Assembly: GCA_965203355.1 (NCBI GenBank)
Contig: OZ241889.1
Location: forward strand, 704,001 to 768,000
Length of the DNA stretch: 64,000 nt
Source of the DNA: Candidatus Latescibacterota bacterium
Lineage (GTDB): Bacteria > Latescibacterota > UBA2968 > UBA8231
Reading direction: 5' to 3'
Below are positions 19,801-28,047 of this stretch, piece by piece. A program made the translations under genes and the position numbers. How positions within the stretch are numbered: position 1 is the first letter of the stretch; each line of letters begins with the position of its first letter. The notes beneath the pieces are model-generated. The model had not been told where the DNA came from and did not search any database. It worked only from the letters and a program-made list of their open reading frames with translations.

Positions 19801-20596
19801 CTTGGCTAAAAAGGTGCGAGCGATAGAAATAGTCTGCGCGATCTAGATAGGCACTGTCGGTCTGCGCCGCCTTGGGAAAGTGCCGCTCTAGCGACTTGAA
19901 CTGCTTCTCCGCTGTTTCCCGGTTGCCCATAAAGAGAGCGATGCGCCCTCCGAGGAGCAGGGCACTAGGAGCGAGGGAAGGTGGAGGTTTAGTGGCGGCG
20001 ATTTGCTCGAGGAGTTGTTGGGCTTCTGCGGCCCGACCAGCCGCAAAGCGCAACTGGGCTAGCTGATAGCGGGCCAAATGCGCTTGCTCAGACCTCGTGT
20101 AATCGGCCAGCAGACGTCCATAAGCCGCTTCGGCTTGTCGCAAATTTTCGGCGCGGGTATAATTGATTGCTGCCTCAATCAAGGCACTGGCGGCGAAATC
20201 GCTGGTGCTGAAGCGACGCTGCAACTCTTCATATGATCGGGCAGCCAGCAAGTATTGACCTTGCTCGGCCAAACAAGCCGCTCGCTCGCGCCGTGCGTTG
20301 GCGGCGTTCAACAAGTGATCGGGATGTTCGAGATAAAACGTCTCGTAGGCTGGCACCGCTAGGTCGCAACGGCTGCTCTGGCGGTACGCACGGGCGAGCA
20401 TTAGTCTGGCTTCGGCTAGCTGCGGGCTATCGGGATAATTGCGAATAAACTCGGCGAATAGCCCGGCAGCCGTGGCGTAGTCGCCGGCATCCCGGAAGAG
20501 ATTTCGGGCCAGTTTGAAGTCGTCCTCTGCGCTCGTTTGCGCCCAGATCTGGGTGTTTAGGCAGAGGAGAAGCACTAATATCAACTTTGGCAACAT
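16877..20596 (-). CDS. Large exported tetratricopeptide-repeat protein (about 1240 aa)
   Basis: Signal peptide MLPKLILVLLLCLNTQIWA; many TPR_6/BamD-YbgF-like repeats (e.g. FIRNYPDSPQLAEARL, LRDYPNSPL); RBS GAGG. Confidence 0.88.
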   Translation of the reverse strand: MLPKLILVLLLCLNTQIWAQTSAEDDFKLARNLFRDAGDYATAAGLFAEFIRNYPDSPQLAEARLMLARAYRQSSRCDLAVPAYETFYLEHPDHLLNAANARRERAACLAEQGQYLLAARSYEELQRRFSTSDFAASALIEAAINYTRAENLRQAEAAYGRLLADYTRSEQAHLARYQLAQLRFAAGRAAEAQQLLEQIAATKPPPSLAPSALLLGGRIALFMGNRETAEKQFKSLERHFPKAAQTDSAYLDRADYFYRSHLFSQAGDAYQRAFNKIGDSALKESALLGLADARRQSHQTSEAIAHYDKLSAMIQPGHPAYLKAQLGRAIVLGQAGQFARAAGLFQGLIQTGDSPEAISALRELGTLYKRRGDSEADSLRSLTFGEGIAAFHSRAITWYRRYLREADEAADADAVRFELAALYASTGHYQEAISLYRQLASGRSEVAAKAQFALARTFEQSGQPSAALREYVVFLELFPADRQSEAVRQRIEYLREFTVLDPAGLNRTLQKAWLDELSGKSRQLVQLAVARVLFSHRDFIAAAQSFKHYATAYPDALYNDEAQYFLAESLLRLARQRQLEAQPASADSLRDLALREYRVLTEQTPTDNTWAQRARLSLIKLEAEDRPDSLRLPTLEEEIAAFVAEFSDGRSAHLAQALLQLGDARRQLGATDTTWFAGAIAAYDQLRQLSSDSPLVPHALYGKSLCLVEKGQHKAAADLLERVLRDYPNSPLTAPVLFELGHIRLAQERTQEAIARLQELRWGYPAFPQRRAAQKLLGDTYFQLGQYAAAIELYQPLVSNSTVSDDRGPILRRIGRAYHHLNRYGEAMETYRQILAEEPNPAGLDSIYFAQAVLQLKLGQEDDALRLFRKVSQESASSGLATEASARAGHVAFARQQYNQAYQLYQPLLKQSEDILIHGQAVLALFRLKRIEEGRKAAKRFAKRFKEETAWRQHFRVEEGNYYLQAGNYKKAYELFQEVEKQGGMWADDGAYWMAITLWKRNKATPSEEGAMFALEAISRFVREYPTSPQVADAYLRLGDYHFSLHNFLQAAGAYKHAWDAPEVSSDQAQDAMWKLIKSYQSAHEYEAAHQVADQLLSQYPEHPKAIEVQLELGIILKNKGQYAQAIEQLDELLSQQLLNGNSASEARFYIGESYQNMGEYRKAIQAYYKVSYHGSQGLSMWITSADFQRARCHESLGEHATAMTIYERITRREGGQSPQGQLARERIDALRRQLETFN

Positions 20597-20683
20597 ATCA
20601 ATCCTCAAGGGAATGCCAATCTGACACTTAATCAACTAATAAGAGTGTAAAATTATAGTGAAATGTGGTCAAGGTGTACATCT

Positions 20684-21541
20684 ATGGAGAGTCTGCTGGT
20701 CGAAAAAGCATACGCAAAAATAAACTTGGGGCTTAAGGTTGTCGGTCGTCGTCCCGATGGCTACCACGACATCCTCAGTGTGGCTCAATGCGTGGATTTA
20801 GCGGATGTCTTGTACTTTGAATTAGCTTCCTCCAATCAATTGACTTGTAGCCTCGATAACCTATCGACGGGGGCAGACAACTTGGTGTGCCGCGCAGTTG
20901 ATGCCTTTCATGCTCGGCTCGACCGCCCCGCCCAGTCGTTCCGCGTCCACTTAGCAAAGAACATACCCATAGGCGCGGGCCTAGGCGGGGGCAGTGCCGA
21001 CGCGGCCGCGGCCCTGCGAGCACTCAATCGCTTCTATGGCCACCCATTCTCTAACGTAGGTCTCCGCCAGATCGCCGCCACCCTTGGCTCGGACATTCCC
21101 TTTCTAGTGGAAGGGGGCACCGCTCGAATGAGAGGCCGAGGTGAGATACTCGAAAAGCTGAGTTGGAAGGGCGCGGTTTTTTACGTGTTGGCATATCCCG
21201 AGGTCGAGATCAGCACGGCTTGGGCTTATGACCAACTCGGCCCTATCTTGACAGAAAATTCTCCCTATTTTAACTTTATTATTTCCCTGAGCGGCGGGTG
21301 CGTTGACCACGACAGGTTATTTGAAGTGCTGGAGAACGACTTCACGCCCGCGGTAGATCGCACCTATCCCATCGTCGCAGAACTTCGTTCTCAACTGGAC
21401 CGAGTGGGTGCTCGCGCCACGTCCATGTCGGGCAGCGGCTCCACTGTTTACGGTATCTTCGACGACCGGAAGACCGCCTCTCAGGCGCACAACGCACTGC
21501 AAAGGCAAGGTTGCCGGTCTTTTTTATGTCAGCCAGTCTAA
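20684..21541 (+). CDS. ispE: 4-diphosphocytidyl-2-C-methyl-D-erythritol kinase
   Basis: AYAKINLGL, RPDGYH, KNIPIGAGLGGGSADAA, MSGSGSTV. Confidence 0.97.
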   Translation: MESLLVEKAYAKINLGLKVVGRRPDGYHDILSVAQCVDLADVLYFELASSNQLTCSLDNLSTGADNLVCRAVDAFHARLDRPAQSFRVHLAKNIPIGAGLGGGSADAAAALRALNRFYGHPFSNVGLRQIAATLGSDIPFLVEGGTARMRGRGEILEKLSWKGAVFYVLAYPEVEISTAWAYDQLGPILTENSPYFNFIISLSGGCVDHDRLFEVLENDFTPAVDRTYPIVAELRSQLDRVGARATSMSGSGSTVYGIFDDRKTASQAHNALQRQGCRSFLCQPV

Positions 21542-21571
21542 CTCGGGGTAATGCGAGGCACAGAGATAGGT

Positions 21572-21646
21572 AGCCCGGTCGTTCAATTGGTAGGACAACG
21601 GATTTTGGTTCCGTTTATCGAGGTTCGAGTCCTCGCCGGGCTGCCA
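21572..21646 (+). tRNA. tRNA-Gln (anticodon TTG), CCA encoded
   Basis: Acceptor AGCCCGG/CCGGGCT, D-arm GTTC/GGAC, anticodon arm ACGGA-TTTTGGT-TCCGT, T-arm CGAGG-TTCGAGT-CCTCG; usual position after ispE. Confidence 0.97.
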
Positions 21647-21690
21647 TTATGCCATTGATATTTGATTGAGTCTTTTGAGGAGATTTTTCG

Positions 21691-22377
21691 ATGCCGCAAG
21701 TTCCGCTACACATCCAAGCGCGCGAGCAGGTTGCGCTCAAGATCCAGTCCCGCCAGGAGCAGGGCAAGGGGCCGGTGGGCCAAATGCGTCGCTTACAGGG
21801 CCAGTTGCCCGGAGTGATTTACGGCCACAATCAGCCCGCTGAGTCCTTTAAGACGGATGCTCATACCTTGGAACAGATCCTGAGCAAGGGCGGGCAAAAC
21901 GCGATCATTTTGGTTGAGCACGAAGAGTCCGATAAGGACCCTGAGCAGGCTCTGATTCGCCACATCCAATACCACAAGGTGCGCGGCGATGTGCTGCACT
22001 TAGACCTTCTGCGCATTGACCCGAGCGAGACGCTGCGTGCCAATGTTCCAATCCTGACTGAGGGAGTGCCCGAAGGCGTCCGCAACGAGGGCGGGGCCTT
22101 GCAGCAGACGCTGACCTCAATCGAAATGGAATGCGTCGTCTCGGAAATGCCCTCCACGATGGTGATTGACATCTCTTCGCTGGTCATTGGCGATAGCCTG
22201 CACGTGAGCGATCTCATCGAACAAGAGCCGCGCATTACCACCGACCCGGATCGCACGATTGTCAACATTTTGGCTCCGCGCTTGATCGCTGCCGAGGAAG
22301 AAGCCGAAGAAGGCGAAGGCGAAGGCGAAGAAGAAGGTGGCGAAGGAGGCGAAGGCGAAGAAGGCGGCGAAGAGTAG
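21691..22377 (+). CDS. rplY: 50S ribosomal protein L25/Ctc with E/G-rich tail
   Basis: LPGVIYG, IQYHKVRGDVLHLDL, IGDSLHVSDL; acidic low-complexity C-terminus. Confidence 0.95.
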   Translation: MPQVPLHIQAREQVALKIQSRQEQGKGPVGQMRRLQGQLPGVIYGHNQPAESFKTDAHTLEQILSKGGQNAIILVEHEESDKDPEQALIRHIQYHKVRGDVLHLDLLRIDPSETLRANVPILTEGVPEGVRNEGGALQQTLTSIEMECVVSEMPSTMVIDISSLVIGDSLHVSDLIEQEPRITTDPDRTIVNILAPRLIAAEEEAEEGEGEGEEEGGEGGEGEEGGEE

Positions 22378-22379
22378 GT

Positions 22380-22937
22380 TTGCAAGTAACTTTGGGTTTG
22401 GGCAATCCCGGTGTGCGCTACGCGTCAACGCGGCACAATATAGGATTTATGGTGGTAGATCATCTAGCGGCGCGCTGTGGTGTTGACTGGCAGCATCAAG
22501 CGGATCTACAGGGCCAAGTGGGCCAAGTGGTGCTGGGTGGTCGGGAAGTGCTCTTGGCCAAGCCCCAGACCTATATGAACCGCAGCGGCCGCACGGCCGC
22601 TGCCCTTTGCGCTCAATGGGAAGTGTCTCCCGAAGACGTACTGGTCGTCTTCGACGACTTTCTCCTCGACTTCGGGCGTCTGCGCTTTCGCCGCGGCGGT
22701 AGTGATGGTGGGCACAACGGTTTGGCTTCGGTGCTCGAAGCACTCAACACGGAGGCGGTGCCGCGTCTGCGCCTAGGTATCGGTATTCCACCCGCAGGCG
22801 CGGACATCATTGACTACGTTCTGGATCCGTTTTCTCCAGCAGATGAAGTAGAAGACCTGATTGAGCGTGGGAATGCGGCACTTGAAGTGTACTACGCCGA
22901 AGGCATTGAGGCGGCCATGAACAAGTTCAACAGTTAA
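22380..22937 (+). CDS. pth: Peptidyl-tRNA hydrolase
   Basis: [36 protein letters not shown]; TTG start. Confidence 0.96.
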   Translation: MQVTLGLGNPGVRYASTRHNIGFMVVDHLAARCGVDWQHQADLQGQVGQVVLGGREVLLAKPQTYMNRSGRTAAALCAQWEVSPEDVLVVFDDFLLDFGRLRFRRGGSDGGHNGLASVLEALNTEAVPRLRLGIGIPPAGADIIDYVLDPFSPADEVEDLIERGNAALEVYYAEGIEAAMNKFNS

Positions 22938-22972
22938 TAAAGAAACGTAGCCGAGGGAGGATACAAACGCAT

Positions 22973-25015
22973 ATGGAGGTCTGGACAAGCGCAGCGCCAT
23001 TCATAGGTCTGGGCGGTTTGCTTTGCTCGCTTTTGCTGTACTTTTACATCAAAAGGTCTCCGGCTGGTACTCCAGAGATGATGGAAATCTCAGAGGCTAT
23101 CCACGAGGGAGCGATGGCCTTTCTCAAACGCGAGTACACCATCCTCGCCGGATTTATCGTCATCGTCTTCGCCCTCCTTTTTGCCTTCGTGGGCTTCCAC
23201 ACTGCGTACGCTTTCTTGGCGGGAGCCGTTTGTTCCATTTTGGCCGGTTATACCGGCATGAAGGCGGCCTGCCACGCCAATGTTCGCGCCGCCCAAGCGG
23301 CCAACCAGCACGGCCAAGGACCCGCGCTGAACATCGCTTTTTCAGGAGGGGCAGTGATGGGACTTGCCGTGGCTGGCTTGGGTCTTTTCGGCATTGGTGC
23401 CTTGGCTAGTGCCATTGGTATGTGGGACGACATAAGCCAAGCATCCACGATCAATGGCTTCGCTATGGGGGCCTCTTCGATCGCTCTTTTCGCGCGCGTT
23501 GGCGGTGGCATCTTCACCAAGACCGCGGATGTGGGGGCCGACTTAGTAGGCAAGGTGGAGGCGGGGATTCCCGAGGACGACCCCCGCAATCCAGCCGTTA
23601 TTGCCGACAATGTAGGCGACAATGTAGGCGATGTCGCTGGCATGGGTGCCGACATCTTTGAATCGTATGTCGGGTCGGTCATCGCTACCATTGCCATCGC
23701 TGCCACCGCGTCCGCGTCCCTGCTGGCCACTATTGCTCCCAGTATCTCCGATCCGACTCAGGCGAAACTCGCGGCGATGAGCTTCCCGCTGATCGTCATT
23801 ATGATCGGTATAGCCGCGTCGCTGCTGGGCGTGTTGATGGTGCGGATACTACAAAATTTTGACCCCGGTGCCGCATTGCGCTACTCGACTTGGGCTGCTG
23901 CCGCACTCATGATTTTGGGTGCTTGGTGGGTCGCCGGGACAATCGGCCTGTCCAAGCAGCCAGTGTGGGCCCTGTGCGCTGGCTGCTTGGCCGGGATCGC
24001 TATCGGCCTTTTTACCGAGTACTACACTGGCGGCAAACCCATCCGCACCATCGCTGAAACCTCCAAGACCGGCGTGGCGACTAACATTATTTCCGGTCTG
24101 GCCATAGGCATGGAGAGCGTTGTCTTGCCGACCTTGGGTATCGTCGTCGCCATTGGCTTGGCCTTCCACTTTGCCGGGCTTTTTGGGATTGGCATTGCCG
24201 CTGTCGGTATGCTAGCCACAGTGGGTATCACCATGTCGGTTGACGCCTATGGCCCCATCGCCGACAACGCCGGTGGCATTACCGAAATGGCGGGCTTGGG
24301 CGAAGACACGCGCAAGATCACCGATGGTCTCGACTCCCTCGGCAACACGACCGCGGCCATGGGCAAGGGGTTTGCCATTGGCTCGGCGGCGTTGACGGCG
24401 TTGGCACTTTTTTCGGCCTATTCCTCCGCCATAGAGAAGAAAACCGGTGAGCCGGTCGTCATTGACGTGACTGAGCCGATTGTCGTCGGTGGGCTTTTTA
24501 TCGGCGCGATTATTCCCTACCTCGCGGCCTCCATAACCATGACCTCGGTCGGCAAGGCCGCCTTCAAGATGGTTGAGGAAGTCCGGCGCCAGTTCCGCGA
24601 GATCGAGGGCCTGATGGAAGGCAAGGCCAAACCCGATACGCGACGCTGCGTGGAGATTAGCACGACGGCGGCCCTGCGCGAAATGATTCTACCGGGCCTG
24701 TTGGCGGTGTTGGCGCCGGTCGCGGTTGGTTTCGGTCTCGGTCCCATTGCCTTAGGCGGGATGCTCGCCGGGGCGACGGTCAGCGGCGTCTTGTTGGCAC
24801 TGATGATGGCCAACAGCGGTGGGGCTTGGGACAACGCCAAAAAGTGGATCGAAGAGGGCCACTTGGGTGGCAAAGGCTCCGACCCACACAAAGCCGCTGT
24901 CGTCGGCGATACGGTCGGCGACCCATTCAAGGACACCTCGGGGCCGTCTCTCAACATACTCATCAAGCTGATGTCGGTGATATCTCTCGTCCTGGCACCG
25001 CTTTTAGCGGTCTGA
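22973..25015 (+). CDS. hppA: Membrane-bound pyrophosphatase, K+-dependent, probably Na+-translocating
   Basis: [26 protein letters not shown] (K+-dependent Ala), DIFESY gate, [10 protein letters not shown]. Confidence 0.95.
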   Translation: MEVWTSAAPFIGLGGLLCSLLLYFYIKRSPAGTPEMMEISEAIHEGAMAFLKREYTILAGFIVIVFALLFAFVGFHTAYAFLAGAVCSILAGYTGMKAACHANVRAAQAANQHGQGPALNIAFSGGAVMGLAVAGLGLFGIGALASAIGMWDDISQASTINGFAMGASSIALFARVGGGIFTKTADVGADLVGKVEAGIPEDDPRNPAVIADNVGDNVGDVAGMGADIFESYVGSVIATIAIAATASASLLATIAPSISDPTQAKLAAMSFPLIVIMIGIAASLLGVLMVRILQNFDPGAALRYSTWAAAALMILGAWWVAGTIGLSKQPVWALCAGCLAGIAIGLFTEYYTGGKPIRTIAETSKTGVATNIISGLAIGMESVVLPTLGIVVAIGLAFHFAGLFGIGIAAVGMLATVGITMSVDAYGPIADNAGGITEMAGLGEDTRKITDGLDSLGNTTAAMGKGFAIGSAALTALALFSAYSSAIEKKTGEPVVIDVTEPIVVGGLFIGAIIPYLAASITMTSVGKAAFKMVEEVRRQFREIEGLMEGKAKPDTRRCVEISTTAALREMILPGLLAVLAPVAVGFGLGPIALGGMLAGATVSGVLLALMMANSGGAWDNAKKWIEEGHLGGKGSDPHKAAVVGDTVGDPFKDTSGPSLNILIKLMSVISLVLAPLLAV

Positions 25016-25054
25016 GGGATGTGCCCCAGACCAGAACCAAGAAAGCGCAATACA

Positions 25055-25585
25055 ATGAGAAATTACGAACTCGTATGTATCTTGGATCCCCAAGCCGACG
25101 AGGGCCAATACGATCAACTCGTCGAAAAGTACGAGGCTCTACTTGAAGAAAATGGCGGGCAAGTCGCCCGAATCGACAACTGGGGCTTGCGGCGTCTGGC
25201 CTATACTTCGGCTAGCTTGAAGAATCGCCGTCAAGGCTACTACGTGCTCTATCAGTTTTCTGCCGAGCCGACGGTGATCGAGGGGCTGGAACAGACGCTC
25301 AAGCTCGAAGAAGCGGTGCTGCGCTATCTCATCACGGCGGTCGAAGGCGAGTTCATCCACGTACCCCAGCTGGCCGCCGACAATTTCTTTGAAGAAGCCT
25401 TTGCCCGGCCGACCCGCGGCCCGAGGGATCGAGGTGGCCTACATCGGGACTCCCGTGAACCGAGGGACCGCGACGCCAGCCGCCGCGATGCTGCCTCTGA
25501 GGACAATAAGCCTAGTGAGGCGTCAGAGGAGGCACCCGAGGAGGCACCCGGGGAGGCCGTAGTCCAAGAGTCCGACGACTCTTAG
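25055..25585 (+). CDS. rpsF: 30S ribosomal protein S6 with long C-terminal extension
   Basis: MRNYELVCILDP, WGLRRLAY, GYYVL, VLRYL; about 75-aa tail. Confidence 0.93.
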   Translation: MRNYELVCILDPQADEGQYDQLVEKYEALLEENGGQVARIDNWGLRRLAYTSASLKNRRQGYYVLYQFSAEPTVIEGLEQTLKLEEAVLRYLITAVEGEFIHVPQLAADNFFEEAFARPTRGPRDRGGLHRDSREPRDRDASRRDAASEDNKPSEASEEAPEEAPGEAVVQESDDS

Positions 25586-25597
25586 CGTCGGCAGCCG

Positions 25598-26413
25598 ATG
25601 CTGATTCTGCTGGGCATAGTGCTGGCAGTCGTTTCGCTTTTGACCAGTTTGCGCTACGGCTCGCGCGGTGCCTTGCCCTTGATCGGCCTACTCTGCTTGG
25701 GCACCGTCATGCTGCTAGGTGCCATGTTGGGGCTAGTGCCCATTATGGGGTTGCTCGCCGTTTTGCAAATAGAGCGTCAGCAGACCTATGGTCGCGTCTT
25801 GGCCATGGTCTGCACACCGCCAGCTATCTTGTGTTTCTGGCAGTTAATTCAGGGGCTCGATGGCGCACATCGCCAAGAGCAAGCCGCCGCCTTCTTGGAG
25901 CAGTTCCAAGCCCTAGGGATGGCTGTAGAAGAGGAAAGCGGCCAGACGCTAAGCGCGATGATTGACGCGGTCCTGCGAGTGCAGCCGGCCATTGAGATGG
26001 CGATTCTGCTTTTGATTTTTGTCGTGGCGTATCGGTTGAGCCGAGGCTTGGCCTTGCGGCTGGGGCTGTCGTTGCCCTCTCCCCTGCCGTTGCTGTTGTG
26101 GCGGCCTTGGGAAGAGCTGATCTGGGTATTGATCGCGGCCTTGGGCCTAAGTCTTTTGGGCGACGGATTGTTGGCCGATTTGGGCCTCAATTTGATCGTG
26201 TTGATGGGGATTGTCTACGCAGTGCAAGGCTTGGCTGTCTTGCGCTTTTTCGCCCTGCGCCAACGGGTGCCGGCATTGGTTGAACTGTTGTTTTACGTAG
26301 GGCTTTTTTTTGTCGCAGGCTTGGCGTTTCTACTCTTGGCGGGCCTAGGGCTTTTGGATACTTGGTTTGATTGGCGCCGGCTGCGTCCTGCTCCCACAGA
26401 GGAAGAAGCGTAA
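25598..26413 (+). CDS. DUF2232/YybS family membrane protein
   Basis: Polytopic; YAVQGLAVL and GLGLLDTWFDWRRL; conserved position upstream of rplI. Confidence 0.88.
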   Translation: MLILLGIVLAVVSLLTSLRYGSRGALPLIGLLCLGTVMLLGAMLGLVPIMGLLAVLQIERQQTYGRVLAMVCTPPAILCFWQLIQGLDGAHRQEQAAAFLEQFQALGMAVEEESGQTLSAMIDAVLRVQPAIEMAILLLIFVVAYRLSRGLALRLGLSLPSPLPLLLWRPWEELIWVLIAALGLSLLGDGLLADLGLNLIVLMGIVYAVQGLAVLRFFALRQRVPALVELLFYVGLFFVAGLAFLLLAGLGLLDTWFDWRRLRPAPTEEEA

Positions 26414-26456
26414 GGATCAAACAACATCGCCTTTTCTATGAAGTGGAGGAAAAATA

Positions 26457-26900
26457 GTGAAAGTAATTCTATTAAAGGACATTGAATCCTTGGGTTCGGC
26501 CGGCGAGGTCGTGGAGGTAAAGAACGGGTATGGTCGCAACTTCCTGATCCCTCGCAATGAGGCCCTGATCGCCAGTGCCGCCAACATGGCTCAATTTGAG
26601 TCTAGGCGCAAACAGCAAGAGACCTTGGCCGAGCGCGACCGCCGCGCCGCCGAGGCCCTCGCCAAAAAGCTGGAAGCGGAGTCGCTTACCGCGCAGGTCA
26701 AGGTTGGCGAGGAGGATCGCCTCTTCGGTTCGGTAACTGCTCAGCATATCGCCGAACTGCTCGATGAAAAGGGCTACGACATAGATCGCCGCGCCATCCA
26801 TCTCGAAGACCCCATCCGCGAACTGGGTGTTTACAATGTCGAAGTGCGTCTCCACCCGGAGGTAGCAACAGCGGTCAAGTTGTGGGTCGTCAAGGAATAG
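26457..26900 (+). CDS. rplI: 50S ribosomal protein L9
   Basis: MKVILLKDIESLG, VKNGYGRNFLIP, LFGSVT, IRELG. Confidence 0.98.
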   Translation: MKVILLKDIESLGSAGEVVEVKNGYGRNFLIPRNEALIASAANMAQFESRRKQQETLAERDRRAAEALAKKLEAESLTAQVKVGEEDRLFGSVTAQHIAELLDEKGYDIDRRAIHLEDPIRELGVYNVEVRLHPEVATAVKLWVVKE

Positions 26901-26938
26901 CGCAAGGCTAGGCTCTCCCTCCTCAACGGAGGTAATTC

Positions 26939-27868
26939 ATGCCAAGCAGGGTCTTGCTCCTTTGCTGGATATGTGCGGCAGCCAGTGGTTGCGCCCTAGA
27001 GCTTTCGGAAGGCCCCTTTGCGCGCGTTGAGCAGGAAGTATGGCGCACCGTAAATAGAAGCCACCGGGGTGCCGATGGCGTTTTGGTGCAGGCCGCCTTG
27101 CATACTTTCGCCTACGAAATTGCCCACGCCTATGCGCGGGCTGAGCGCGAGGACTTGGGGCAAGAGCAGCTCGAATTTCGCATCAAACAGCTACTCTACT
27201 CCTACGTTGATGGCACCTATCCGACCGAAGACGGCACGGACATCAACAGCCTTTACTTTCAGTATCTCATCTACGTAAATCCGTCCTTTGATGCGCGCAA
27301 TCCCCTGCACAAAAGTGCCTTCGATATATGGAGGGCCGAATACATACGCCGGGTCGTCGATGCCATATACGACCCCAAGTTTCCCATCCTGCGCGACCGG
27401 TACGATGACCGTTGGGGCTTGACGCTCTACAGTCGCTTGGTCTTCACCGTTTATCTGTCGAGCGGAGAGTCTCAACTCAAGCCCTATATTGCCGATATTG
27501 GTGCGCGCACATTCTTGGTCAATCAGCAAGGTGTGCGCTTCCAGCCCAGCGGGACGTTTAATTTTTATCCATACGAGAGCGATCGGCCCGAAGGAGAGGT
27601 GCTTGACGGCAAGACTCACTACCGAGTCTTCTTCCCCAATCGCAAAAGCGACGACAAGACGCCTATTGTCGGGCTCGACGACGAATATCTCGAGTTGCAG
27701 ATTGAAAACTTAGGTGACGTTCCACTGCGAACCCTGCGATGGGAGCTGCCGCTTGCGTATCCAGAAATGCCCGCACGGCGCTTGCCGACAGAAGCCGAGG
27801 TGGCTGAGCGCAAGGCAATCGAGCGGGCCGAGCGCAAGGCGCGGGCTGAGGCCGCGAAGACCAAGTAG
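26939..27868 (+). CDS. Hypothetical lipoprotein
   Basis: RBS GGAGG; lipobox-like AASGC; 309 aa with typical codon usage; no family recognised. Confidence 0.75.
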   Translation: MPSRVLLLCWICAAASGCALELSEGPFARVEQEVWRTVNRSHRGADGVLVQAALHTFAYEIAHAYARAEREDLGQEQLEFRIKQLLYSYVDGTYPTEDGTDINSLYFQYLIYVNPSFDARNPLHKSAFDIWRAEYIRRVVDAIYDPKFPILRDRYDDRWGLTLYSRLVFTVYLSSGESQLKPYIADIGARTFLVNQQGVRFQPSGTFNFYPYESDRPEGEVLDGKTHYRVFFPNRKSDDKTPIVGLDDEYLELQIENLGDVPLRTLRWELPLAYPEMPARRLPTEAEVAERKAIERAERKARAEAAKTK

Positions 27869-27941
27869 TACCGTAGGTCTCGTTGGTCTATTAGGATGTC
27901 ATTCTATGATTTATCTTTGCGTACCCAAACAAAAACTTTGC

Positions 27942-28040
27942 GGGAGCGGATGTGTGCCTGGTGGCTGCCGCGGACTTCAAATCCGTTGCGGCGTAGCGAG
28001 AGTTGCGCTGGGTGGGTTCGATTCCCACACGTTCCCGCCA
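27942..28040 (+). tRNA. selC: tRNA-Sec (anticodon TCA)
   Basis: 8-position acceptor GGGAGCGG/ACGTTCCC, G73-CCA; GCGGA-CT-TCA-AA-TCCGT; 9-bp variable arm; T-arm GTGGG-TTCGATT-CCCAC; 99 nt. Confidence 0.95.
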
Positions 28041-28047
28041 TTCGCCC

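Noticed and set aside
22290-22375. GAAGGC-type repeats at the end of rplY
   Set aside because: Encodes the common acidic low-complexity Ctc tail; not an array
28020-28040. selC or tRNA-Gln 3' end as an integration site
   Set aside because: No duplicate of either 3' end and no integrase seen in the window
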